Source of the DNA: a virus
Lineage: Duplodnaviria; Caudoviricetes
Reading direction: 5' to 3' (one strand)
Virus record (IMG/VR): IMGVR_UViG_3300033073_001248
Coordinates: 21,687-85,686 of that record
DNA length: 64,000 nucleotides
Below the pieces are notes generated by a model. The model was given only the letters and a program-made list of their open reading frames with translations, ran no database searches and was not told where the DNA came from. Position 1 is the stretch's first letter. Each line of letters opens with the position of its first letter. Below are positions 8,270 through 18,363 of this stretch, one piece after another. Made by a program: the position numbers and the translations under genes.

Positions 8270-10122
8270 TGGCTAGAATGCGTGTAGCCGATTACATTGC
8301 TGAAAGATGTGTGGCAGCAGGTGCTGAACATGTATTTTTAGTTACTGGCGGTGGAGCCATGCATCTTAATGATGCTTTTGGTCGCAATAAAAAGCTAACC
8401 CCAGTATGTTTTCATCATGAGCAAGCAGCTGCCATGGCTGCTGAAAGTTACTATAGGACCACCAACAAATTGGCAGTACTTAATGTAACTACTGGTCCTG
8501 GAGGTATTAATGCATTGAATGGTGTTTACGGTGCGTATGTAGACAGCATTGGCATGATTGTGGTGTCGGGGCAAGTTAAAAACGAAACGCACTATAAGAA
8601 TTATGATTTGCCCATGCGCCAGCTTGGGGATCAAGAAGTAGACATTGTCAGCATGGCTCGGCCTGTTGTAAAATACGCTACTACACTGCGAGATCCTCAA
8701 ATGGTTGCTGAAGTAATGGACAAAGCACTGTTTCTTGCTACACACGGAAGGCCGGGACCTGTTTGGGTCGATGTACCTGTCGATATCAGCAGCACTATGA
8801 TTGAAACTGATGACTTACAGCCGTGGAAAGGTTCTATCAAAAAGTTAGCCGCTGACAAAGATGTTACAGCTAACACTAAACTTGAACTTCAAACACTGGT
8901 GCAGGCTAAAAGTTATAGAGAAATTTCACACATATTGGAAAAACTTAAGAAAGCCAAAAGACCTGTGTTGTTTGCCGGCGCTGGCGTTAGACTGAGTGGC
9001 CGGCATGATGAATTTTTGAAATTAGTCGGTCGTCTTAATATTCCCACTGTAACTGGTTGGAACGCACATGACGCACTGCCCAATGACAATGCTTGTTATG
9101 CAGGCCGTCCTGGCACAGTAGGAGATCGCGCTGGTAACTTTACAGTGCAGAATGCAGACCTATTAATTGTACTGGGAAGTAGACTAAACATTAGACAAGT
9201 TAGCTATAACTATAAAAACTTTGCTAGTCGTGCTTACAAAATTCATGTTGACATAGATCGTGCAGAATTATTTAAACCCAGTTTGTTTACTGATTATAAA
9301 GTACAGGCTGACTTGGCGGAATTTATACCTGAATTCTTAGCCGCACTGAGCAAATATAAACCTAAGAAATCACACTTAGAATATCTTGATTGGTGCCAAC
9401 AGCGAGTAGCAAAGTATCCAGTGGTTGTACCTGAATACAAGCATGGCGAAGAACATGTAAACCCTTACTTGTTTGTAAGAGACATGTATCAACAGTTAAA
9501 TGACAAAGATATCATGGTTACTGGCAATGGCAGTGCCTGCGTTATCAGTTTTCAAACTGCTGACATCAAACAGGGTCAAAGACTGTTTACCAATTCAGGT
9601 GATGCCAGTATGGGTTACGATTTACCCGCCGCAATTGGTGCTTGTTTAGCAAACAATAAACAACGAGTAATTTGTCTAGCAGGTGACGGCAGTCTTATGA
9701 TGAACATACAAGAACTGCAAACTCTTGTTGGTTATAAACTGCCTGTTAAAGTTATTATTTTGAATAACTATGGTTACCTAAGTATTAAACAGACACAGCA
9801 CAACTATTTCAGCGACAATGTTTTTGGTACCAGCCCAGACGATGGCGTTACTATGCCTGACTTTACAGAAGTTGCTAAAGGCTTTAAAATACCTGCACTG
9901 AAAGTAAAAACATGGGCAGACTGGCAATCAAAAGCAGTGCAGTTGGCTATGAAATATGATGGCCCTGCTGTTATTGAAGTAATGTGTGATCCCAATCAAG
10001 TATTTGCACCTAAGTTGGCAGCAAAGAAATTAGCCGACGGTACAATGTTGGCGCCTAGTTTAGAAATGATGAGTCCTTTTCTTTCTGACGAAGAAATGGC
10101 AGAAAACACGATCAAAGATTAA
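8269..10122 (+). CDS. ThDP-dependent enzyme, acetolactate-synthase-like (YerE-type candidate)
   Basis: HHEQAAAMAAE, TTGPGGIN, GRPGPVWVDVP, ThDP motif GDGSLMMNIQEL...ILNN. Confidence 0.9.
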   Translation: MARMRVADYIAERCVAAGAEHVFLVTGGGAMHLNDAFGRNKKLTPVCFHHEQAAAMAAESYYRTTNKLAVLNVTTGPGGINALNGVYGAYVDSIGMIVVSGQVKNETHYKNYDLPMRQLGDQEVDIVSMARPVVKYATTLRDPQMVAEVMDKALFLATHGRPGPVWVDVPVDISSTMIETDDLQPWKGSIKKLAADKDVTANTKLELQTLVQAKSYREISHILEKLKKAKRPVLFAGAGVRLSGRHDEFLKLVGRLNIPTVTGWNAHDALPNDNACYAGRPGTVGDRAGNFTVQNADLLIVLGSRLNIRQVSYNYKNFASRAYKIHVDIDRAELFKPSLFTDYKVQADLAEFIPEFLAALSKYKPKKSHLEYLDWCQQRVAKYPVVVPEYKHGEEHVNPYLFVRDMYQQLNDKDIMVTGNGSACVISFQTADIKQGQRLFTNSGDASMGYDLPAAIGACLANNKQRVICLAGDGSLMMNIQELQTLVGYKLPVKVIILNNYGYLSIKQTQHNYFSDNVFGTSPDDGVTMPDFTEVAKGFKIPALKVKTWADWQSKAVQLAMKYDGPAVIEVMCDPNQVFAPKLAAKKLADGTMLAPSLEMMSPFLSDEEMAENTIKD

Positions 10123-10123
10123 T

Positions 10124-10789
10124 ATGAAACGAGTTTTAGTATTAGGCGGCACTGGAGACATTGGCCAAGCTATTGTGCAGGCCTTTGACAGGGACACAGT
10201 CGTTGCAGCAGGTCATGAGATATGTGACCTCAGCAGTGCTGGCCATGTTGAGTCGTTTATCAAAGCAAATGCGCCTTTTGACACCATTGTACACTGCGCT
10301 GGTTTTAATAATCCTAAAACATTTGATTCGTTAACCACCGAAGAAATTGAAAAGAACTTACAGATTAATCTACTGGGATTTTTGCCTATTATTCAAAACA
10401 ACATTGACTACTGGAAAAAATCCGGGAATGGTAAACTAGTAATAATCAGCAGTTTATACGGACAGTTTGGTCGACGAGGTCGTTTGCCTTACAGTGTCAG
10501 CAAACATGGTCTAATTGGCGTAACCAAGACCTTGGCTATCGAACTAGCGCATATAGGAGTTATGGTCAATGCTGTAAGTCCTGGCTATATTGCTACTAAG
10601 ATGACTACAAAAAATAACACAGCTGCTACTATTGAAAGACTAGTACAGGGCATACCCGCAGGCAGGCTAGGTCGTCCCGAGGAAATTGCAAGCTTAGTCA
10701 AATTTTTAGCCAGCGACCAAAACACTTACATAACAGGACAAGACATTGCAGTAGATGGTGGGTATACTGCTGGAGGTTTTCAACAATAA
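10124..10789 (+). CDS. Short-chain dehydrogenase/reductase (SDR)
   Basis: GGTGDIG, HCAG, catalytic S...YSVSK, VNAVSPG, ITGQDIAVDGG. Confidence 0.9.
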   Translation: MKRVLVLGGTGDIGQAIVQAFDRDTVVAAGHEICDLSSAGHVESFIKANAPFDTIVHCAGFNNPKTFDSLTTEEIEKNLQINLLGFLPIIQNNIDYWKKSGNGKLVIISSLYGQFGRRGRLPYSVSKHGLIGVTKTLAIELAHIGVMVNAVSPGYIATKMTTKNNTAATIERLVQGIPAGRLGRPEEIASLVKFLASDQNTYITGQDIAVDGGYTAGGFQQ

Positions 10790-11943
10790 TGTTTAGCACA
10801 AATTTTAAAATACAAAAAACAGAATTTAGTTTTACCATCGATCCCAAAGTCAGTGCTTTTACTGTGGCCAGTATTCCTAGACCATATGATGTAAAATTTG
10901 TTGACAGTGATGGTTTCGCTTGGCTTGCTGACACAATAAACTCAACCAAAGGTGCGCTATTATTGATTGATAGCAATGTTCGTAATCAGCTAATGGCTCA
11001 TTTGAGTTTTACAGCGCCCACTTATCTTGTTGAAGCTGTGGAAGAAAACAAAAGCATTAACACTGTGCTTAAAATTTGCGATTGGTTACTGGAACAACGA
11101 GCCAATCGTGGTAGCCACTTGTATGTAGTGGGCGGCGGTATTGTACAAGATTTGGGTGCTTTTTCCGGTTATATGTACAAGCGAGGCATTCCGTGGACAC
11201 TGGTACCTACTACACTATTAAGTCAAGCAGACAGTGGGCTTGGTGGTAAAACTGCGGTAAACTATGGTTCAAGTAAAAATGTATTAGGCTTATTCAGTGC
11301 GCCCCGACAAGTATTAGTAGATGCAGAGTTTACTAGGACACTAACAGACTTTGACTTTTTAAGTGGCGGTGGTGAAATACTAAGACTATTAACCACAGGC
11401 GGTGCAAGTTCTTTTGAATTTCTTGAGCAGACCGTTGATCAGTTTGTTGCTCGTGACGCTGAAGCTATCCAACAATTAACTGCATCCAGTTTGTTTGTCA
11501 AACAATCAATTGTAGAAGCAGATGAATTTGAAATAGATCTTCGTCGCAGTATGAACTATGGGCATAGCATTGGACATGCCATTGAAGCATTAAGCAACTA
11601 CAAGATTCCACATGGTCAAGGTGTTGCACTAGGAATCTTTGTAGAGAATATGATTTCTGTTAATAGAAATTTGCTAGACAGTACTGTAGCAGACAGAATT
11701 TTCCGCACAGGACGCAAATTAATCAGCGATTCAGTTTGGCAAGAGTTCATCAATTTGGATGTTAGCAAACTGTTGCCCTATTTGTCCAACGATAAAAAAG
11801 CCCAGGGCACAACACTGCCAATCGCTACGTTGGTCAGCCTAGGCAACATGCAATTCTTAGGATTGGAATTGAACGCAGACGGATTATTTGAAATTGAACA
11901 AGCAGTCAATAAGGTAAAACAAATTGAAAATATTGTTAGTTGA
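10789..11943 (+). CDS. 3-dehydroquinate-synthase-like sugar-phosphate cyclase
   Basis: GGGIVQDLGAF, PTTLLSQADSGLGGKTAVN, KNVLGLF, NYGHSIGHAIE, PHGQGV. Confidence 0.85.
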   Translation: MFSTNFKIQKTEFSFTIDPKVSAFTVASIPRPYDVKFVDSDGFAWLADTINSTKGALLLIDSNVRNQLMAHLSFTAPTYLVEAVEENKSINTVLKICDWLLEQRANRGSHLYVVGGGIVQDLGAFSGYMYKRGIPWTLVPTTLLSQADSGLGGKTAVNYGSSKNVLGLFSAPRQVLVDAEFTRTLTDFDFLSGGGEILRLLTTGGASSFEFLEQTVDQFVARDAEAIQQLTASSLFVKQSIVEADEFEIDLRRSMNYGHSIGHAIEALSNYKIPHGQGVALGIFVENMISVNRNLLDSTVADRIFRTGRKLISDSVWQEFINLDVSKLLPYLSNDKKAQGTTLPIATLVSLGNMQFLGLELNADGLFEIEQAVNKVKQIENIVS

Positions 11944-13117
11944 TTTTGGTGCAACAAATATTAAATCTGTAGTCTATGACACAGACAGTGCCGCAGTAAT
12001 TGACTTTGAAAGTGTTGCCAGTCCCAGTCAAACAAATCACGACACTGCACCGGCATTTACAGTACCTGTTAACTTGTACAGACAAGCCCTAGACATTACT
12101 GCTGGTAAACTGTTGGCCATGCATAATGATGTAGACAGCATTTATATCTGTTCGGAAATGCATGGCTTTACCATGGACAATCAATACATTAGTTGGAAAG
12201 ATAGTAGAGCTGATCTAAAAAAGATAGACAAGTTAGCCTTTTACAATGAAACAGGCTTAATTACACGCCCAGGTATTGCTTACGCTACCTTAAAAACACT
12301 AGAACCAAAAAATAAAAGAATTGGCACTCTTGTAGATGCTGTGTTAGACTCTAGTATAGGAAATGACATAACATTGACTGCCAGTCAAGGCTTTGTAAAC
12401 AAGTATACACAGTTACTCAGTACTAAAATTATAAACGAATTTGAAGGTCTATCAGTTGTTCCTTTGGCCCAAGGCTGTATAGGTACATACAGAAACAAAA
12501 TGGTATATGGTGGTCTTGGAGATCTTCAAGCAGCTATTCTGGGCGCAGGCTTGGGTATTACCGCAGATATGGTCATTAACCTGGGCACAGGCAGTCAAGT
12601 TGCTGTACTTACAGACAGCTTAGATCAAGGAGATCTAAGACCCTATGTCAACGGTACTTGGGTTAGAGTTCTAAGTCATATTCCATCAGGCCGAGCACTG
12701 AATGTAATTGCTGAACTAGTTGAACCATCGAGGTTTTGGTCAATTTGGCAAAATTTAAACGCAGAAGAAATTTTAACCAGCGATTATCAACAGGTTGATT
12801 TGAATTTATTTGCCAGTGCTTGGCAATATACTAATTGTAGTGGCTTTATTAGACTTCAAGAAAGTCAAACAGTACAACACTTTGTAGCCGCAGTTGCAGC
12901 TGCATGGGTCAGACAGTATGTTATTGCTATGCACAGACTTGATTGTAAAACAAATCAAACTCGGGTAGCGGTGTCCGGGGGATTGGCCCACAAGAGCCCA
13001 TTCCTTATAGACTGTTTAACTACACTAAGTCCTGGTAGAACTTATTTTCAACCTAAACTAGCCACAGGTGAAGAAACACTAGACGGTCTCATAAAAATTC
13101 ATGCTGACAAAAAATGA
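11924..13117 (+). CDS. FGGY-family carbohydrate kinase (sedoheptulokinase-like)
   Basis: VDFGATNIK, CSEMHG, SWKD.R, GDLQAA, NLGTGSQ, SGG; TTG start. Confidence 0.7.
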   Translation: MKILLVDFGATNIKSVVYDTDSAAVIDFESVASPSQTNHDTAPAFTVPVNLYRQALDITAGKLLAMHNDVDSIYICSEMHGFTMDNQYISWKDSRADLKKIDKLAFYNETGLITRPGIAYATLKTLEPKNKRIGTLVDAVLDSSIGNDITLTASQGFVNKYTQLLSTKIINEFEGLSVVPLAQGCIGTYRNKMVYGGLGDLQAAILGAGLGITADMVINLGTGSQVAVLTDSLDQGDLRPYVNGTWVRVLSHIPSGRALNVIAELVEPSRFWSIWQNLNAEEILTSDYQQVDLNLFASAWQYTNCSGFIRLQESQTVQHFVAAVAAAWVRQYVIAMHRLDCKTNQTRVAVSGGLAHKSPFLIDCLTTLSPGRTYFQPKLATGEETLDGLIKIHADKK

Positions 13118-13932
13118 TTGAAATTATAAACAACAACAGACAAATTTTAATAAGCGATCAGCATTCACTTTATTTGGAAGAAATTAAAGCAGGATTTGAT
13201 CATTATTTTGACAGTGTTGACTGCAGCACTTCAGCAGGAATTTCAACAGTTGATTTCAGCAGTCCTGGTTGGCATACAGTAAAAGGCTATAACAAGCACA
13301 AAATCTTCTTTCCTTTTGTTGCCGAACCACTGGCAACCACACAACAATATATTGACTTACTAGAACTGACATCAGGCGATACTATTCTTGACTTGGGTGC
13401 TTATTCTGGTTTGGCATCTATAATGTTTAAAGAAACAGTAGGTAAGACTGGGCATGTAATAGCAGTAGAAGCAGACCCCATTAATCATACAGCCTGTGCA
13501 ACCAATTTTGCTGAATATGAAAAAGTAACAGGACTAACAATTGATTTAATATCTGCTGCTGTTTGGAATCATTCTAATGGACTTGCTTTTACATCCGATG
13601 GATCCATGGGTTCTGCTGCACGAGAATTACTGCATGGAAAAAAGACTTCTATGCTCGTAAATTCTATAACCATTCCAGACATAGCTAAAAGATTTAACTT
13701 AGAAAAAGTTGACTGTATCAAATGCGATGTAGAAGGAGCAGAAAGAGTAGTGTTTGATGATCTACAATGGTTTGAATCTTTTAAACCCAAATTGATTATT
13801 GAGGTTCATCAAACAGTAGATGCTGTTGCAGGCATTGAAAAATTAAAGACAATTGGTTATCAATTTGAATCACATGAACAAATTGGATGCGAGTATCCGT
13901 TGATGTTTGGAATTTATTCGAGTACATTATGA
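13114..13932 (+). CDS. FkbM-family SAM-dependent methyltransferase
   Basis: ILDLGAYSG, VIAVEAD, IKCDVEGAE, LIIEVH. Confidence 0.85.
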   Translation: MIEIINNNRQILISDQHSLYLEEIKAGFDHYFDSVDCSTSAGISTVDFSSPGWHTVKGYNKHKIFFPFVAEPLATTQQYIDLLELTSGDTILDLGAYSGLASIMFKETVGKTGHVIAVEADPINHTACATNFAEYEKVTGLTIDLISAAVWNHSNGLAFTSDGSMGSAARELLHGKKTSMLVNSITIPDIAKRFNLEKVDCIKCDVEGAERVVFDDLQWFESFKPKLIIEVHQTVDAVAGIEKLKTIGYQFESHEQIGCEYPLMFGIYSSTL

Positions 13933-14720
13933 AAATAGCAGTATTAGGCGCAAATGGATTTGTTGGCAGTAATTTGGCCAAACATCTTGCACACAAGCAT
14001 CAAGTAGTGCCAGTTACAAGAAAAACTCTAGACCTATTAGACTGTGTCAAAGTCGCAAAGTTTTTGACTAAAGAAAAATTCGATGTTGTGATTATGGCAG
14101 CAGCCACTATGACTGACAATCAATCATTGGCAGATACAAGAAACAACTTAGGTATTTTTATGAACTTTTATAATAACAGTGACTTGTTTAAAAAGTTTAT
14201 CAACTTGGGCAGTGGAGCAGAATACGACAAATCGCAGAACTTAGACTGTGTCGAAGAAACAGAAATTTTTACAAGATTGCCACAGGACAGTTATGGATTT
14301 GGGCAAAATCTTAAAAGTAGACTCAGCGTAGAAAAACCAGGATTTTACAATCTTAGAATTTTTAACTGTTTTGGTAAAGGTGAGATCCCTACCAGATTGT
14401 TTCCAAAATTGTTAAAGACCAAAACAAAATTTGAAATTACTGATGATAGATATTTTGATTATTTCAGCATTCAAGATTTGTGTACAGTGGTTGAAAGTTT
14501 TGTAGAAAATAATCATGTTGTTTACGATGTAAACTGTGTATACGAAAATAAAATTAAAATAAGCCAAGCTGCTAAATTATTTGCTGATATTAAAAAATTA
14601 CGACAAGAAATTGTAGTGGTCAGTACCAGCAAGAATAATTATACTGGTAGCCACGAAAATTTATATTCACTGGGAATCGATTTGCAGGGGCTTGAACAGG
14701 GATTTAAAGATTATGTATAA
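13929..14720 (+). CDS. NAD-dependent epimerase/dehydratase (extended SDR)
   Basis: IAVLGANGFVG, GSGAEY, LRIFNCFG. The YxxxK position reads YGFGQ (Lys absent). Start set to ATG 13929. Confidence 0.8.
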   Translation: MKIAVLGANGFVGSNLAKHLAHKHQVVPVTRKTLDLLDCVKVAKFLTKEKFDVVIMAAATMTDNQSLADTRNNLGIFMNFYNNSDLFKKFINLGSGAEYDKSQNLDCVEETEIFTRLPQDSYGFGQNLKSRLSVEKPGFYNLRIFNCFGKGEIPTRLFPKLLKTKTKFEITDDRYFDYFSIQDLCTVVESFVENNHVVYDVNCVYENKIKISQAAKLFADIKKLRQEIVVVSTSKNNYTGSHENLYSLGIDLQGLEQGFKDYV

Positions 14721-15495
14721 TATTGATAGCTGTCCTGCATGCGGTTCTGACAACATTACCAAACTGCCAGCATACATGCATGAATTTGTAGCTTGGAGAG
14801 TAACGGGCTATAGACCCCATGGACATTTGCCCATTAAAGGCGTACACTGTTTGAGTTGTCAATTTACCTGCAGCGACAGCAGATTAGATGACAGGGAAGA
14901 ACAATTACTGTACGATGATTACCGGGGTGCCAGTTATAACCAACAAAGAATTGCATGCGAACCTACATATGAAAATTATTTAAATAATTTTGACAGCAAC
15001 GAATACATGCAGATAAGACGATTTGGTATTATGGAATTAATAAACAAATATGTTGATGCTGCAAATATTCAAACTGTCTTAGACTACGGTGGTAATAAAG
15101 GCGAACATATCCCCCAAGTTTTCAATCATGCCAAAAGATATGTTTACGATATCAGCAATGTTGGCTTGTTGCCGGGAGTAGAATTATTTGATGTAAATTC
15201 AACTGAGGTTATGGATTTTATCATGTGCTGTCATGTACTAGAACATAAATCCGAACCCGCAGAACTAATTGAGCAAATCAAGAAATACGCAGATAACAAC
15301 ACTTGGTTTTATATTGAAGTGCCTGACAACGAAATTTATTCTCTGCCCGGTGCTGTATTTCACGAACATATAAATTCCTTTACTTACAAATCAATGGTAT
15401 CACTTTTGAGTAGACACGGAATAGAAGTGGTAGAAATAATATCAACATCTGCTAACAATGAACATATAATGTGCGTATTGGGAAAACTTAAATGA
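14713..15495 (+). CDS. Class I SAM methyltransferase with N-terminal Zn-binding CxxC pairs
   Basis: CPACGS...CLSCQ, VLDYGGNKG, CCHVLEH, IEVP. Start set to ATG 14713. Confidence 0.75.
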   Translation: MYNIDSCPACGSDNITKLPAYMHEFVAWRVTGYRPHGHLPIKGVHCLSCQFTCSDSRLDDREEQLLYDDYRGASYNQQRIACEPTYENYLNNFDSNEYMQIRRFGIMELINKYVDAANIQTVLDYGGNKGEHIPQVFNHAKRYVYDISNVGLLPGVELFDVNSTEVMDFIMCCHVLEHKSEPAELIEQIKKYADNNTWFYIEVPDNEIYSLPGAVFHEHINSFTYKSMVSLLSRHGIEVVEIISTSANNEHIMCVLGKLK

Positions 15496-16445
15496 CAAAG
15501 AAAATAGTTTATGTAACAGGCTGTTTGGGTTTTATGGGCAGTCATGTCACTGAAGCTTGTTTAGCCAAAGGTTGGTATGTAATTGGTGTAGATAACTGTA
15601 CCTATGCAGCCAATACAGGTTGGATTGACAGTTGGGACATGCGTTATCCCAATCAGTTTAATTTTATCAAATCGGACATCAATGACTTAGATAGGCTATA
15701 TGACTGCGATTACATCATTAACATGGCTGCAGAAACTCATGTAGACAACAGCATTGAAGACAGCGACAGATTTGTACACAGCAATATAAATGGCGTACAC
15801 AACATTCTTAAATTGATTAACAAAAAGAAACATCGTAGACCTGTGCTGTTACATTTTAGCACAGATGAAGTCTACGGAGATATTGAACAAGGCAGTCACA
15901 CAGAAACGGACTTGTTAAAGCCCAGTAACCCCTACAGTGCTACCAAAGCAGCCGCAGACCATTTGGTAACCAGCTGGGGCAGAACTTATGGAGTTCCTTA
16001 TGTTATTGTGCGCCCCACCAACAACTATGGTATCGGGCAGTATGTGGAAAAACTTATTCCCAAGACTGTTAAGTATCTTACAGTGGGTCGTAGGATAGAT
16101 CTGCACAACAATGGCACTCCTGTGCGTACTTGGTTGTTTGCTGGTGATACTGCACAGGCTGTTATTACTATTATCGAATCTGGCGTGCAAAATGAAATAT
16201 TCAATATCAGCGGTAATTATGAAACACAAAACATTGTAGTGGTTAAAAAGATCCTGGATTTGATCATGCAGGATAAAAACTATAACATCGAAGACCACAT
16301 CGAACACTTGAACAGAATTGGGCAGGATGTTCGATACAGCATAGATGACACAAAACTAAAACAATTGGGATGGCAACCTCAAGCAGAGTTTGACAAAGAG
16401 CTGGAAAAAATAGTACAATACTATCAAGAAAACTTTATTTGGTAA
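15492..16445 (+). CDS. rfbB: NDP-glucose 4,6-dehydratase (RmlB/RfbB-like)
   Basis: TGCLGFMG, MAAETHVD.SI, STDEVYG, YSATK, NNYG, R.GQD.RY. Confidence 0.88.
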   Translation: MTKKIVYVTGCLGFMGSHVTEACLAKGWYVIGVDNCTYAANTGWIDSWDMRYPNQFNFIKSDINDLDRLYDCDYIINMAAETHVDNSIEDSDRFVHSNINGVHNILKLINKKKHRRPVLLHFSTDEVYGDIEQGSHTETDLLKPSNPYSATKAAADHLVTSWGRTYGVPYVIVRPTNNYGIGQYVEKLIPKTVKYLTVGRRIDLHNNGTPVRTWLFAGDTAQAVITIIESGVQNEIFNISGNYETQNIVVVKKILDLIMQDKNYNIEDHIEHLNRIGQDVRYSIDDTKLKQLGWQPQAEFDKELEKIVQYYQENFIW

Positions 16446-16448
16446 CAC

Positions 16449-17768
16449 ATGGAACAGATCCTACAACAAGTTAGAGAATATATTCAACGCAAGCAACAGA
16501 CAAAAACTTGGCGCGAGGGTAAAGACTTTGTCAACTATGCTGGTGCATACTATGATGAAAGTGAATATGTAGCTGGCGTGGAAAGCCTGCTAAAAGGTTG
16601 GTTGGCCATGGGCGATGCTGGCCTTAAATTTGAACGAGAGTTTCCTAAGCAGTTTGGCAAGACAAAAGGCATTGTTACAAACAGTGGCAGTTCTAGTAAT
16701 TTGCTAATGATGGCCAGTTTGACCAGCAAGCGTGGTTATAACTTGCCTAAAGGTACGAAAGTATTGATGCCTATTGCAGGATTTCCTACCACATTAAATC
16801 CTACACTGCAAATGGGTTTTCAGCCCGTGTTTGTAGACATTGAGCTGGATACATTGAATCTTAACTTAGATCAAGTTGAAGCAGCCCTAAAACAACAGCC
16901 TGACATTCGTGTTATTACTTTTGCTCATGTACTGGGCAATCCACCTAACATGTATAGGCTTATGGAATTGGTAAAACGGTATGATTTAATTTTATTGGAA
17001 GACTGCTGTGATGCACTGGGCAGTACCTACGATGGCGTACCTCTTGGATCCTTTGGTCTAATGAGTAGTTGCAGTTTTTATCCTGCACACCATATGACCA
17101 TGGGTGAAGGCGGTTATGTAGCTACAAATGACGCACAACAAGATATCATTCTTCGCAGTTTCCGTGAATGGGGTCGTGGCTGTTATTGCGTAGGGCCCGA
17201 AGCTAACAAGTTAAAGTGCGGCACTTGTGGCAAGCGTTTTAATAATTGGATTCCTACTCTGCCAGATGAAATCTTTGACCACAAATATGTCTACGATGAA
17301 ATTGGCTACAACCTAAAACCAATTGAATTACAGTGTGCCATGGGCTTAGAACAGTTAAAGAAACTGCCTGAAATTCATGAACTGCGAAAGCGTAACTATG
17401 CACTGCTGTTTGACATTTATAAAGAATATGAAGAATTTTTCCACTTACCTCGAGCACAGGCCAAATCGGATCCATCATGGTTTGCTTTTCCCTTAACAAT
17501 AAGGCAGGGCGCACCATTTAGTCGAAGTGATATAGTAGACTATTTGGAAGAAAACCTTATTCAGACTCGTCCGTATTTTGCTGGTAATATTATGTTACAA
17601 CCAGCATACAGCCACTTGATGGATCCGATGGTAGCCAAGAATAATTTCCCTATGGCTACCCATGCTATGACACACACTTATTTCCATGGCACAAGTCCTG
17701 TTATTACGCCTGAACAGATTGCTTATATTGGAAAAATTGTTCGGGGCTTTATGAGTTTGTATGTGTAA
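16449..17768 (+). CDS. rfbH: CDP-4-keto-6-deoxyglucose 3-dehydrase (E1, RfbH/DdhC)
   Basis: EDCCDALG; SFYPAHHMTMGEGG has His where DegT-type aminotransferases have Lys; Fe-S motif GRGCYC...CGTCGKRF; FDHKY.Y.EIGYNLK. Confidence 0.92.
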   Translation: MEQILQQVREYIQRKQQTKTWREGKDFVNYAGAYYDESEYVAGVESLLKGWLAMGDAGLKFEREFPKQFGKTKGIVTNSGSSSNLLMMASLTSKRGYNLPKGTKVLMPIAGFPTTLNPTLQMGFQPVFVDIELDTLNLNLDQVEAALKQQPDIRVITFAHVLGNPPNMYRLMELVKRYDLILLEDCCDALGSTYDGVPLGSFGLMSSCSFYPAHHMTMGEGGYVATNDAQQDIILRSFREWGRGCYCVGPEANKLKCGTCGKRFNNWIPTLPDEIFDHKYVYDEIGYNLKPIELQCAMGLEQLKKLPEIHELRKRNYALLFDIYKEYEEFFHLPRAQAKSDPSWFAFPLTIRQGAPFSRSDIVDYLEENLIQTRPYFAGNIMLQPAYSHLMDPMVAKNNFPMATHAMTHTYFHGTSPVITPEQIAYIGKIVRGFMSLYV

Positions 17769-17776
17769 ATACATGC

Positions 17777-18145
17777 ATGAGCTGGCATGATTTTGTTAGA
17801 GCAAGTTATGACTTGGTTATGGAAAGTGAAGGTCTTAGTGACACTTACTTAGACAACGAAGTTGAAACTTATGTTGTACACTTGTTGGCCAAAAACTTTG
17901 TTAAACTTAACATAAACGAAGAAGCCATTGCCATACAAATCCTCAGCGGCAAAGATTACCAACACATAGGTGACGAGTGTTTGCTGATCAACAGTTATCC
18001 TCTCAAACGCAGACGCTGGCCCACTGACACTTACTATAGAGACATGGGCACCATAGCATATGGTATGGCCAATATAACTGTCATGGAATCAAATTTTGAT
18101 AACGCCAGCCGTGTATTACACAATGTGTTTTGCCGAATAGGTTGA
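17777..18145 (+). CDS. Hypothetical protein
   Basis: 122-aa ORF directly after TGTAAATA; normal coding composition. Confidence 0.7.
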   Translation: MSWHDFVRASYDLVMESEGLSDTYLDNEVETYVVHLLAKNFVKLNINEEAIAIQILSGKDYQHIGDECLLINSYPLKRRRWPTDTYYRDMGTIAYGMANITVMESNFDNASRVLHNVFCRIG

Positions 18146-18197
18146 TGTTTATTCAATAATGTGCTAACATTATGGCTCAATTAACTTTGGAGTTATA

Positions 18198-18353
18198 ATG
18201 TTCGAATCTATCGAAATCCGAAAAGCCGCAAATGGCTTTATCCTTGTTGTCCACACCGAGGACGAAGACAAGGAATATGTCTACGACACCAGTCGTAAAC
18301 TCATGCGAGTGATTAAGCAATATATTGACGCAGACAACAAATCTGAAGAGTAA
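18198..18353 (+). CDS. Small hypothetical protein (51 aa, not in ORF track)
   Basis: GGAG RBS then MFESIEIRKAANGFILVVHTEDEDKEYVYDTSRKLMRVIKQYIDADNKSEE*. Confidence 0.7.
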   Translation: MFESIEIRKAANGFILVVHTEDEDKEYVYDTSRKLMRVIKQYIDADNKSEE

Positions 18354-18363
18354 ACCTAAGTAT

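Noticed and set aside
10789-11943. aroB as a shikimate-pathway auxiliary gene
   Set aside because: No other aro genes; embedded in a sugar operon and divergent at a conserved position, so treated as a cyclase of unknown substrate.
16449-17768. DegT/DnrJ aminotransferase
   Set aside because: The Schiff-base Lys position is His and the Fe-S Cys motif is present, which indicates the E1 dehydrase.
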